From positions 7,192,001-7,256,000 of the forward strand of contig OZ024761.1 in the NCBI GenBank assembly GCA_964016885.1: a DNA stretch of 64,000 bases, in the 5' to 3' direction. Origin of the DNA: Eledone cirrhosa (Eukaryota). The notes beneath the pieces are model-generated. The model saw only the letters and a program-made list of their open reading frames with translations. It had not been told where the DNA came from and did not search any database. Made by a program: the position numbers and the translations under genes. Positions 41,101 to 54,038 of the stretch are shown here, piece by piece; the first letter of the stretch is position 1, and every line of letters starts with the position of its first letter.

Positions 41101-44100
41101 TAAGTTTTTCTTCCCAACAAGTGACTCTTTCACTAATTACGCTTGATGTTCCAAGGGGTGTGACGTTCTTTAGGAAACTTTCCTGGATTTAAGGTGTCTT
41201 TTGGCTGGCACTTAGCTGAAGAGAGGATGTTTTTGATCTGTAGTCTATTGTTGACACTCTTTCTTGCCTGCTGCACTTCCATGAATCTCTGGTGGGGGCC
41301 ATGCCTGCCAGGATATACAGACGGTCTTTAGATGTAGATTTCAGGCAGCCTGTGATGAGGCAGCAGCTAGCATTGAGGGCCGGATCTAGCTTCTGGACAT
41401 GGACAGCTCGCTCCCATACTGGGCATGCATACTCGGCAGCTGAGTAGCAGAGAGCTAGTGCAGTTACTTCAGAGTCTGTTGGTTTGCACCCCAGGTTGTG
41501 CCAGTGAACTTGCAGACGATGTTGTTCCTCGCATTCACTTTGCACTTGGTCTTCTCAATGTGGATCTTAAAAGAGAGACACCTGTCCAGGGTTACACCTA
41601 GATGGAAGAGAAGATCATCATCATCATCGTTTAACGTCTATCTCCCACGCTAGCATGGGTTAGACAGGAATTGTCCCACTAGTGGCAAGATTGGTTGGGT
41701 GATCGTGTGTCTCAATCATATAGGACTTTTCTACGGCTGGATGCCCTTCCTAACACCAACCACATTTACAGTGTGGACTGAGTGCTTTTTTACCGTGTCT
41801 CCACAATGACCACCTTAGTGTGGACTGGGTTCTTTTTGTCATGACACCTACACGACCACTTTAGTGTGGACTGGATGTTCTGTGGTGGGAGTGGGAGGGT
41901 GGAGTAGGGGTAGTGGGCAGAGGTGTATATTTGGTTAAGAGGTGCCTACTGACTGTAAACATATAATACCATCAAGCAATAACTACAACCTCTTTGCTAA
42001 CCTGGTGCTGAAAACTGCTTGGAAACATCCCACGAAGCTGAAGAGTTGAATATATACCTAGACTTTCAAAGGAATGTACAGGCCTCTATGTCAACTATAT
42101 CAGCATGTTTGAAGCAGACCTCTTCTCAGAAGAAACATCTGCCCAAGGCAAGAAGGTGATGGAAAGCAAGACCTGGAATGCTCTTATTGAGTTTATGGAC
42201 ATATCAAAAAACAGCAAGAAAGCATGGACACTTATTTACAAGCTACGTGGTAATCCTAAAGCAGCCCCTCAACCCCCAAAAGTTACTGCCAACCAATTGC
42301 TAGAGAATGGAAAGAGAGGGACGATCAAACTAAACTAAAAGAAATACATTGCGATCCCTGGTTTTACAGGACTGTTTATCATAGAAGAGCTGGAAGCAGG
42401 AATCTCTGCTCTCAAACCAGGACCCTGCTTTTACAGGACTGTTTATCATAGAAGAGCTGGAAGCAGGAATCTCTACCCTCAAACCAGGACCCTGCTTTTA
42501 CAAGACTGTTTATCATAGAAGAGCTGGAAGCAGGAATCTCTGCTCTCAAACCAGGACCCTGCTTTTACAGGACTGTTTATCATAGAAAAGCTGGAAGCAG
42601 GAATCTCTGCTCTCAAACCAGGACCCTGCTTTTACAGGACTGTTTATCATAGAAGAGCTGGAAGCAGGAATCTCTACCCTCAAACCAGGACCCTGCTTTT
42701 ACAAGACTGTTTATCATAGAAGAGCTGGAAGCAGGAATCTCTGCTCTCAAACCAGGACCCTGCTTTTACAGGACTGTTTATCATAGAAGAGCTGGAAGCA
42801 GGAATCTCTGCTCTCAAACCAGGACCCTGCTTTTACAGGACTGTTTATCATAGAAGAGCTGGAAGCAGGAATCTCTGCTCTCAAACCAGGACCCTGCTTT
42901 TACAGGACTGTTTATCATAGAAAAGCTGGAAGCAGGAATCTCTGCTCTCAAACCAGGACCCTGCTTTTACAGGACTGTTTATCATAGAAGAGCTGGAAGC
43001 AGGAATCTCTACCCTCAAACCAGGACCCTGCTTTTACAAGACTGTTTATCATAGAAGAGCTGGAAGCAGGAATCTCTGCTCTCAAACCAGGACCCTGCTT
43101 TTACAGGACTGTTTATCATAGAAGAGCTGGAAGCAGGAATCTCTGCTCTCAAACCAGGACCCTGCTTTTACAGGACTGTTTATCATAGAAAAGCTGGAAG
43201 CAGGAATCTCTGCTCTCAAACCAGGACCCTGCTTTTACAGGACTGTTTATCATAGAAGAGCTGGAAGCAGGAATCTCTACCCTCAAACCAGGACCCTGCT
43301 TTTACAAGACTGTTTATCATAGAAGAGCTGGAAGCAGGAATCTCTGCTCTCAAACCAGGACCCTGCTTTTACAGGACTGTTTATCATAGAAAAGCTGGAA
43401 GCAGGAATCTCTGCTCTCAAACCAGGACCCTGCTTTTACAGGACTGTTTATCATAGAAGAGCTGGAAGCAGGAATCTCTACCCTCAAACCAGGACCCTGC
43501 TTTTACAAGACTGTTTATCATAGAAGAGCTGGAAGCAGGAATCTCTGCTCTCAAACCAGGACCCTGCTTTTACAGGACTGTTTATCATAGAAGAGCTGGA
43601 AGCAGGAATCTCTGCTCTCAAACCAGGGCCCTGCTTGCTTTTACAGGACTGTTTATCATAGAAGAGCTGGAAGCAGGAATCTCTGCTCTCAAACCAGGAC
43701 CCTGCTTTTACAGGACTGTTTATCATAGAAGAGCTGGAAGCAGGAATCTCTACCCTCAAACCAGGACCCTGCTTTTACAAAACTGTTTATCATAGAAGAG
43801 CTGGAAGCAGGAATCTCTACTCTCAAACCAGGGCCCTGCTTGCTTTTACAGGACTGTTTATCATAGAAGAGCTGGAAGCAGGAATCTCTGCTCTCAAACC
43901 AGGACCCTGCTTTTACAGGACTATTTATCATAGAAGAGCTGGAAGCAGGAATCTCTACCCTCAAACCAGGACCCTGCTTTTACAGGACTGTTTATCATAG
44001 AAGAGCTGGAAGCAGGAATCTCTACCCTCAAACCAAGAAAGGCAATTGGACTGGATAACATTGCAACTGAACAGATGAAGCACTTCTGTCACAAGGCAAA

Positions 44101-47100
44101 GATGTGGCTACTGCAGCTCTACAATGAGTGCTTAACAACATACAATCTCCCCAACATCTGAAAGAAAGCTCACATTATAGCACGGCTGAAATCTGGAAAA
44201 GATCCATTTGCTCTTAAGAACTTTAGACCGATCTCACTTTTGAGTAATAGTAGGTGAAGAAGAAAAATTATCTAGCAATGTCAGACCATATTAATTAACA
44301 ATATCTCATTTTGTCAGACCATACTAATTAGCAATGTATCAACTTGTCAGACTATATTAATTAACAATATCTCACCTTGTCAGACCATACTAATTAGCAA
44401 TGTCTCACCTTGTCAGACTATATTAATTAACAATATCTCACCTTGTCAGACCATACTAATTAGCAATGTCTCACCTTGTCAGACTATATTAATTAACAAT
44501 ATCTCACCTTGTCAGAGCCGAGGTTAACTTTGCCTTTCATCCTTTCGGGGTCGATAAAATAAAGTACCAGTAATACACTGGGTAATTGCTGGCCTTGTGC
44601 CTAACGTAGAAACAATTAATTAGAAATATCTCACCTTGTCAGACCATATTAATTAGAAATATCTCACCTTGTCAGACCATTTATCATAAGGGTAGACTTC
44701 CAGATAGTTCTTGGCAAGAATCATTAAGCCATTGGCAACAAACTGTAATTAGAGACATGTAGTAGTAGTAGTAGTAGTAGTAGTAATAGTAGTAGTAGTG
44801 GTGGTAGTGATGGTGTTTGTTACCATATTTCTAATAAGCTACACTGCATATATGTATCAATTAATCTTTAAAATAATCAAATAGCTTTTTCATTAAAAAA
44901 ACTCATGTTTGAAACTATACTTAACAAAAAGCATTTAAACCAACCATATTCGGCCAGAATACACTCACCTTTTGCTGTTCAAACTGGCTGTAACTAGCCA
45001 CTCATACTGATGTTAAGGTATTGTTCTCAAAATAAATAATATCAAAATCTCATCTAATCTAATCTGGCCAAAGAAGCAGGGCTGCCCCTAGGAGCATTGG
45101 ATTTGGTGTACTTCATATTTGTTTCAGTTGCTGAATACAATCAGGGGTCACTGCTTCTCCTGAAGGTCAATAGTTCTCTTCTAACTCGAGTGGGAGCGTC
45201 TTTCCATTGTCAATTTACATTGATCATCTGCAAAGACGTGTTGTTCTCAGAATCACAACACTAGTCTTTTGATGCAGCTGGAACTACTGCCACCCATTGA
45301 TTTAACAGGATTTCTTTTTTTTTTTTTTTAAGATGGCCATTGACACTTATGAGTTCTTCTGCCCTTTGTCAGGTTTTGTTTTTTTGTCCTAGAGGGTGTC
45401 CAAAATCACCCTACTCACCAAGTAAACTTGGTGGAGTTGCTGGTTTAGTCGCTGACGACCCGAACATGCAACAGGTTGCAGTGGGTTACACGCTACCAGT
45501 AGCACTCAACAGTGACCTGACGTAAAAATCTCATAGATTTTATATTATGCGAGATATTATGTGAGGTAAAGCCTTTATTGTGAAAATACAATAGTATATA
45601 TAGAGTAATGTAAATGTTATGTGAGGTAAAACCTTTACTGTAAAAATACAATAGTATATATAGAGTAATGTAAATGTTATGTGAGATATTATGTGAGGTA
45701 AAGCCTTTATTGTGAAAATACAATAGTATATATAGAGTAATGTAAATGTTATGCGAGATATTATGTGAGGTAAAGCCTTTACTGTGAAAATACAATAGTA
45801 TATATAGAGTAATGTAAATGTTATGTGAGATATTATGTGAGGTAAAGCCTTTATTGTGAAAATACAATAGTATATATAGAGTAATGTAAATGTTATGTGA
45901 GATATTATGTGAGGTAAAGCCTTTACAGTGAAAATACAATAGTATATATAGAGTAATGTAAATGTTATGTGAGATATTATGTGAGGTAAAGCCTTTATTG
46001 TGAAAATACAATAGTATATATAGAGTAATGTAAATGTTATGTGAGATATTATGTGAGGTAAAGCCTTTACTGTGAAAATACAATAGTATATATAGAGTAA
46101 TGTAAATGTTATGTGAGATATTATGTGAGGTAAATAAAGCCTTTACTGTGAAAATACAATAGTATATATAGAGTAATGTAAATGTTATGTGAGATATTAT
46201 GTGAGGTAAAGCCTTTATTGTGAAAATACAATAGTATATATAGAGTAATGTAAATGTTATGTGAGATATTGTGAGGTAAAGTCTTTACTGTGAAAATACA
46301 ATAGTATATATAGAGTAATGTAAATGTTATGCGAGATATTATGTGAGGTAAAGCCTTTACTGTGAAAATACAATAGTATATATAGAGTAATGTAAATGTT
46401 ATGTGAGATATTATGTGAGGTAAAGCCTTTACTGTGAAAATACAATAGTATATATAGAGTAATGTAAATGTTATGTGAGATATTGTGAGGTAAAGTCTTT
46501 ACTGTGAAAATACAATAGTATATATAGTGTAATGTAAATGTTATGTGAGATATTATGTGAGGTAAAGCCTTTACCATGAAAATACAATAGCATATATAGA
46601 GTAATGTAAATGCTAAAAGGTTAAATCAAATTTAAATATAAATTTAAATGAAAAACAATGTTGTCTCTGAGACGAAGCAACAGTGTATTTGAATACATAT
46701 AAAAATGAGAAAACTGATCTCTAGAACAGCTGTGAAAACAGCTAAATGCCGTCAAAGACAGCGATGGGCGAAAATACCTTAGAGGACAGAGATAGTGGTC
46801 AACAGAGGGACAATCTACAATTCGGGTGAGACATTATATATCATCTACCTGTCACCCACCTTGTGGATTGTCTCTCTTGACCACTGGTCACTGGTCTCTG
46901 TCCTCTGAGACATATATCATCTGCCTGTCACCCACCTTGTGGATTGTCTCTCTGTTGACCACTGGTCACTGGTCTCTGTCCACTGAGGCATTTTTGCCCA
47001 TTGCTGTCTCTCACAACATTTAGCGATGAGTTTTGTCATTTTTAAATATATTCAAACATAAATATTTTAATATGAGCAGTTTGTATCATATAATGAGGCT

Positions 47101-50100
47101 GGTCTCAGGAGGGATGGTAAGAGAATAGTAAAAGTTATACATGCTCCATACCTCCACCACCACCCCACCACCACCACACCACAACCACACCACCACCACA
47201 CCACCACCATCACCACCAACAGCACCATCACCACACCACCAACACCACCACCACCACACCATCACCACTAACAGCACCACCACCTCACCATCTCCACACC
47301 ACCACCACCACCACCATACCGCCACCACCACCACCACCACACCATCACCACCGCCACACCATCACCACCACCACCACACCACACCACCACCACCACACCA
47401 TCACCATCACCACCACACCACACCACTACCACCACCACCACACCACACCATCACCACCACACCACCACCACCACCACACCACCACCACCACCATCATCAT
47501 ACCCTCCTCCAATGTTATATATACTTACTTTCTCCTGAGAAATCTCAATCTCCACAGTAGTCTCCTGTCCTTTAGCATCCTTGGAACATGTGGCAAGAAA
47601 ATGTCGCACAATAAACTCATACAGTTTCTTGTCGTTGCCCTGTCAAAAACAGATGAGTTTGAAAGATATTGTTAACCCTTTCATTACCATATTTCTAGTG
47701 AAAGACACTGTTTATGTCCTTAACCCTTTCATTACCATATTTCTAATGAAATAGACTGTCTATGTCATTAACCCTTTCATTATCATATTTCTAGTGAAAG
47801 ACACTGTCTATGTCATTAACCCTTTCATCACCATATCTCTAATGAAAGACACTACCTATGTCATTAACCCTGTCATTACCATATTTCTAATGAAAGACAC
47901 TGTCTATGTCATTAACCCTTTCATTACCATATTTCTAATGAAAGACACTGTCTATGTCATTAACCCTTTCATCACCATATTTCTAATGAAAGACACTGTC
48001 TATGTTGTTAACCCTTTCATTACCATATTTCTAATGAAAGACACTGTCTATGTCATTAACCCTTTCATTACCATATTTCTAATGAAAGACACTGTTTATG
48101 TCATTAACCCTTTCATCACCATATTTCTAATGAAAGACACTGTCTATGTCATTAACCCTTCCATTACCATATTTCTAATGAAAGACACTGTCTATGTCAT
48201 TAACCCTTTCATTACCATATTTCTAATGAAAGACACTGTCTATGTCATTAACCCTTTCATTACCATATTTCTAATGAAAGACACTGTCTATGTCATTAAC
48301 CCCTTCATCACCATATCTCAAAAGAAAGACACTGTCTATGTCATTAACCCTTTCATTGCCATATTTCTAATGAAAGACACTGCCTATGTCATTAACCCTT
48401 TCATAACCATATTTCTAATGAAAGACACTGTCTATGTCATTAACCCTTTCATAACCATATTTCTAATGAAAGACACTATGTCATTAACCCTTCCATTACC
48501 ATATTTCTAATGAAAGACACTGTCTATGTCATTAACCCTTTCATTACCATATTTCTAATGAAAGACACTGTCTGTCATTAACCCTTTCGTTACCATATTT
48601 CTAATGAAAGACACTGTCTATGTCATTAACCCCTTCATCACCATATCTCAAAAGAAAGACACTGTCTATGTCATTAACCCTTTCATTGCTATATTTCTAA
48701 TGAAAGACACTGCCTATGTCATTAACCCTTTCATAACCATATTTCTAATGAAAGACACTGTCTATGTCATTAACCCTTTCATAACCATATTTCTAATGAA
48801 AGACACTGTCTATGTCATTAACCCCTTCATCACCATATTTCTAATGAAAGACACTGCCTATGTCATTAACCCTTTCATTACCATATCTCTAATGAAAGAC
48901 ACTGTCTATGTCATTAACCCTTCCATTACCATATTTCTAATGAAAGACAGTGTCTATGTCATTAACCCTTTCATTACCATATCTCTAATGAAAGACACTG
49001 TCTATGTCATTAACCCCTTCATCACCATATCTCAAAAGAAAGACACTGTCTATGTCATTAACCCTTTCATTACCATATCTCTAATTAAAGACACTACCTA
49101 TGTTGTTAACCCTTTCATTACCATATTTCTAATGAAAGACACCATCTATGTCATTAACCCTTTCATAACCATATTTCTAATGTAAGACACTGTCTATGTC
49201 ATTAACCCTTTCATTACCATATTTCTAATGAAAGACACTGCCTATGTCATTAACCCTTCCATTACCATATTTCTAATGAAAGACACTGTGTATGTCATTA
49301 ACCCTTTCATTGCCATATTTCTAACAAGAATATCTGTTGAATTTAATTTTTCACAAGAAATCTTCCATAATATTATTTAAAAACCTTCATTAACCCTTTT
49401 CTGACGATATTAGTCATGAAATAATTAATAAGGTTAACTGGACATACTCACCGACATTCAGAGTTAACATTGCACTCAGCGGTCTTGTGGGAGCCCCTAC
49501 ACGGTCACCCTGAAAGAGGGTGACCGTGGATGAGAGATGTTGATGCCCTAAGTCCTGTGGGAGCCCCTACATGGTCACACTGAAAGGGGGTGACCGTGGA
49601 TGAGAGATGTTGATGCCCTAAGTCCTGTGCGAGCCCTCTACACGGACACACTGAAAGAGGGTGACCATGGATGAGAGATGTTGATGCCCTAAGTCCTGTG
49701 AGAGCCCCTACACGGTCACACTAAAAGGGGGTGACCGTGGATGAGAGATGTTGATGCCCTAAGTCCTGTGGGAGCCCCTACAAGGTCACACTGAAAGGGG
49801 GTGACCGTGGATGAGAGATGTTGATGCCCTAAGTCCTGTGGGAGCCCCTACACGGTCACACTGAAAGGGGGTGACCGTGGATGAGAGATGTTGATGCCCT
49901 AAGTCCTGTGGGAGCCCCTACACGGACACACTGAAAGAGGGTGACCGAGGCTGAGAGATGTTGATGCCCTAAGGACAGACACTGGTCTATGGGGGACGAA
50001 GGACAGAGAGCGCTGGAGAGAACTCATCCATGGATCTCAGGAATTTACCCGCCCTAGATACAATTAATAATTTTAGTAAATTCTTCAAAATTCTCTCCTA

Positions 50101-53100
50101 ATTAATTGAAATAGAGATTTCGTTATAAATATGGGAACAAAAGGGAGAAGTTATTATCAAGTAAGAGGATAACGATGGTGGGGGGGGGGAGCTGAAGGGG
50201 GAGATGAAGAGACAGGTGATAAGGAGAGGGATGGGTGGGGGGGGCATGTGATGATTGATAATAGGTGAGCAGAGGAAATGGAGGGGGATAGGAAATGGTG
50301 GGGGGGGGGATGCGAAGGGACAGGTGATAGGGAATGAGGAAGATGAAGAGGAGGTGAATGAGAACATACCTGTAACGAGGCAGTGTATTTAGTTGGATGA
50401 ATGGGAGGATGGGCCTGGTCTGTTTTGTGGCCATTTCTGGGGTTAGGACCATCCTGCAACACACCGGATGCGAAAGCTGCAGGAAAATAAACATTGTATG
50501 ACATTAATGTCCTGTACCACATGACACCACATTAGTAAGACATTAATGTCCTGTACCACATGACACCACATTAGTAAGACATTCTTGAAAAATACAAAAC
50601 AACATGGATTGGCAGTATCGGTAGGGCATCAGACACCATGCTTTGCAGCATAGAGTTACGGCCCTTTGCATTCTGGGTTCAAATCCCACTGAGGTCAACT
50701 TTACCTTTCATCTTTCCAAGCAGGGGTCAATAAAATAAAGTACTACTGTGCTAAACCTGGACATTACTCTAATCAACTTTAATGAAGGTCATGGTTCCTG
50801 GATGCTCTTCTGCTGACAATTAGCCCCCGTAAATATGGAGATCTAGCTGGATCTACTTTCTAATTGCTGCCATTTATATAAAATTATCTTAATCGATAAA
50901 ATAACGTTAGTAATTTTATTAGACGCGTATGTGAATCATCATCATCATCATCATTTTACATCCGCTTTTCCCTGCTTGCAAGGGTGGGACGGGAACTGAT
51001 TCTGGCTTGATTTCTACAGCTGGATGCCCTTCCTAACACCAACCTCATTTACAGTGGGTGCTGGGTGTTTTTTTGCCGTGGCACCTCCACGACAACTTTG
51101 CAGTGTGGGCTGGGTGCTTTTTTGCCGTAGCACCCCCACGACCACTTTGCAGTGAGTGCTGGGTGCTTTTTTGCCGTGGCACCCCCACGACCACTTTGCA
51201 GTGAGTGCTGGGTGCTTTTTTGCCGTGGCACCCCCTCGACCACTTTACAGTGTGGGCTGGGTGCTTTTTTGCCGTGGCACCCCCACGACCACTTTACAGT
51301 GTGGGCTGGGTGCTTTTTTGCCGTGGCACCCCCACGACCACTTTGCAGTGTGGGATGGGTGCTTTTTTACCATGGCACCCCCACGACCACTTTACAGTGT
51401 GGGCTGGGTGCTTTTTTGCCGTGGCACCCCCACGACCACTTTGCAGTGTGGGCTGGGTGCTTTTTTGCCGTGGCACCTCCACGACCACTTTGCAGTGGAA
51501 TGATAGGGACCCAGTCCCTATCATCTCATTTCTACAGCTGAGTAAACTGGAGCAATGTGAAATAAAGTGTCTTGCTCAAGGAAACAACACATCACCCGGT
51601 CTGAGAATTGAACTCACAACCTTTCAATTGTATGTGTATGTGCATACATTTGTGTGTATGAGTATATAAATATAAACACGCAAACACAGACACACTCATA
51701 GACATACATTTACACAAACACACACATGGACATACACGTTGCTGATAGCTATAGTCTTTTCACCATCCCCTTCCTTCCTTTAACACACACATACATTCAA
51801 GCAGACAGCAGCCATAATGAGAGAGTAGTAGTATGAGGTAGTCAAACTACTACTCTCTCTTTACATGTTGTGACAGAATCACAGAAATTTATATATAGAT
51901 AATTGTTTCTGATTGAGGCACAAAGCCTGCAATTTTGCGGGGAGGGAAAAGTCAATTAAATCAACCCCAGTATGTTACTGGTATTTTATTTTATTAACCC
52001 CGTAAGGATGAAAGGCAAAGCTAACCTCAATATGATTTAAACTCAGAATGTAAAGGGACGTAACTATGCTTCAACCCATGATCTTCTTGTTGTGTCCACA
52101 AGAGTGTCAGTTACAAAGCTTGGCTAGATGTGGTTCCACCACAGCTGAACACATTGCTGTCCTTTTGTCCCCTAGAGTGTCAGTTACAAAGCTTGGCTAG
52201 ATGTGGTTCCACCACAGCTGAACACATTGCTGTCCTTTTGTCCCCTAGAGTGTCAGTTACAAAGCTTGGCTAGATGTGGTTCCACCACAGCTGAACACAT
52301 TGCTGTCCTTTTGACCCCTAGAGTGTCAGTTACAAAGCTTGGCTAGATGTGGTTCCACCACAGCTGAACACATTGCTGTCCTTTTGTCCCCTAGAGTGTC
52401 AGTTACAAAGCTTGGCTAGATGTGGTTCCACCACAGCTGAACACATTGCTGTCCTTTTGTCCCCTAGAGTGTCAGTTACAAAGCTTGGCTAGATGTGGTT
52501 CCACCACAGCTGAACACATTGCTGTCCTTTTGTCCCCTAGAGTGTCAGTTACAAAGCTTGGCTAGATGTGGTTCCACCACAGCTGAACACATTGCTGTCC
52601 TTTTGTCCACCAGAGTGTCAGTTACAAAGCTTGGCTAGATGTGGTTCCACCACAGCTGAACACATTGCTGTCCTTTTGTCCCCTAGAGTGTCAGTTACAA
52701 AGCTTGGCTAGATGTGGTTCTGTCACAGCTGAACACATTGCTGTCCTTTTGTCCCCAAGAGTGTCAGTTACAAAGCTTGGCTAGATGTGGTTCCACCACA
52801 GCTGAACACATTGCTGTCCTTTTGTCCCCTAGAGTGTCAGTTACAAAGCTTGGCTAGATGTGGTTCTGTCACAGCTGAACACATTGCTGTCCTTTTGTCC
52901 CCTAGAGTGTCAGTTACAAAGCTTGGCTAGATGTGGTTCCACCACAGCTGAACACATTGCTGTCCTTTTGTCCACAAGAGTGTCAGTTACAAAGCTTGGC
53001 TAGATGTGGTTCCACCACAGCTGAACACATTGCTGTCTTTTCTCATTAAACTCTGTCAAGTCGTCCACTACTGTGTTCCAGCAGGGGGCATATCAGGAGG

Positions 53101-54007
53101 TGCTGTGTAGTCTATGATTCAATGTCACAGTCACACACAACATCCCCATCCCTTTAACCCTTTAATGTTCAAACCGGCCAAATCCCGCCAGAATTCTCTA
53201 CCTCTTTCTGTTGAAACTGGCTGTAACTGGTTGCTCAAACTGATGTTAAGGTATTGTTCTCAAAATAAATACTTTCAAAATCTCATAGATTCGATATTAT
53301 GTGAGATAATTATGCGAGGTAAAGCCTTTACCATGAAAATATAATAGTATATATAAAATAATGTGATTGCTAAAGGGTTAAATATCCCCATTTTGCAAGA
53401 GTGACCTTAGCACGTCCAACACCAGATCTTAGTCTGTTGAGACATTTCCACATGCTCTATTGATACTGGCAATCCACTGACCTTAACAATAATTGGTGTC
53501 TTATTTAGGCACAAGGCCAACCATTTTAGGAGAGGATCGTCAATTAAATCAACCCAGTACATTACTGGTACTTTATTTTATTGACCCTGTAAGTATGAAA
53601 GGCTAAGCTAACCTCGGCTGAATTTGAACTCAGAACCTAAAGGGCCATAACTCTATGCTGCAAAACATCGTGTCTAACGCTCTACCGATACTGCCAATCC
53701 ATCGCTGTAATAATAACTAGCAGAATGGCCCGACGTTGCTCGGGATTTGCTCTAGGGTTCTTATATATTTGATATATATTTATCCTTATTGAGCCTCATG
53801 AAATAAATATGTTTCTTTATATTTTGTTATTGTGTATGCAAAAATATCTGTACACGAATATATAATTATATATATATATATATATATTAAAATAACAGAT
53901 TAAAGTTTAAGCAAAGAATCGCTGCTTTCACCCTTAACAGGATCTTCTGAAACTAAAAAAATCAATCTGTGAACGCAGAAGTAAATATTTCGAAAAACGT
54001 TACACAC

Positions 54008-54038
<31 letters not shown>

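Noticed and set aside
51818-51860. Hairpin containing TGAGGTAGT (let-7-like); related copy near 16925
   Set aside because: Match ends after 9 nt, the motif lies at the loop, and the segment is a dispersed repeat
455-53040. Minisatellites as CRISPR arrays
   Set aside because: Head-to-tail units without unique spacers, no cas genes, eukaryotic intron context
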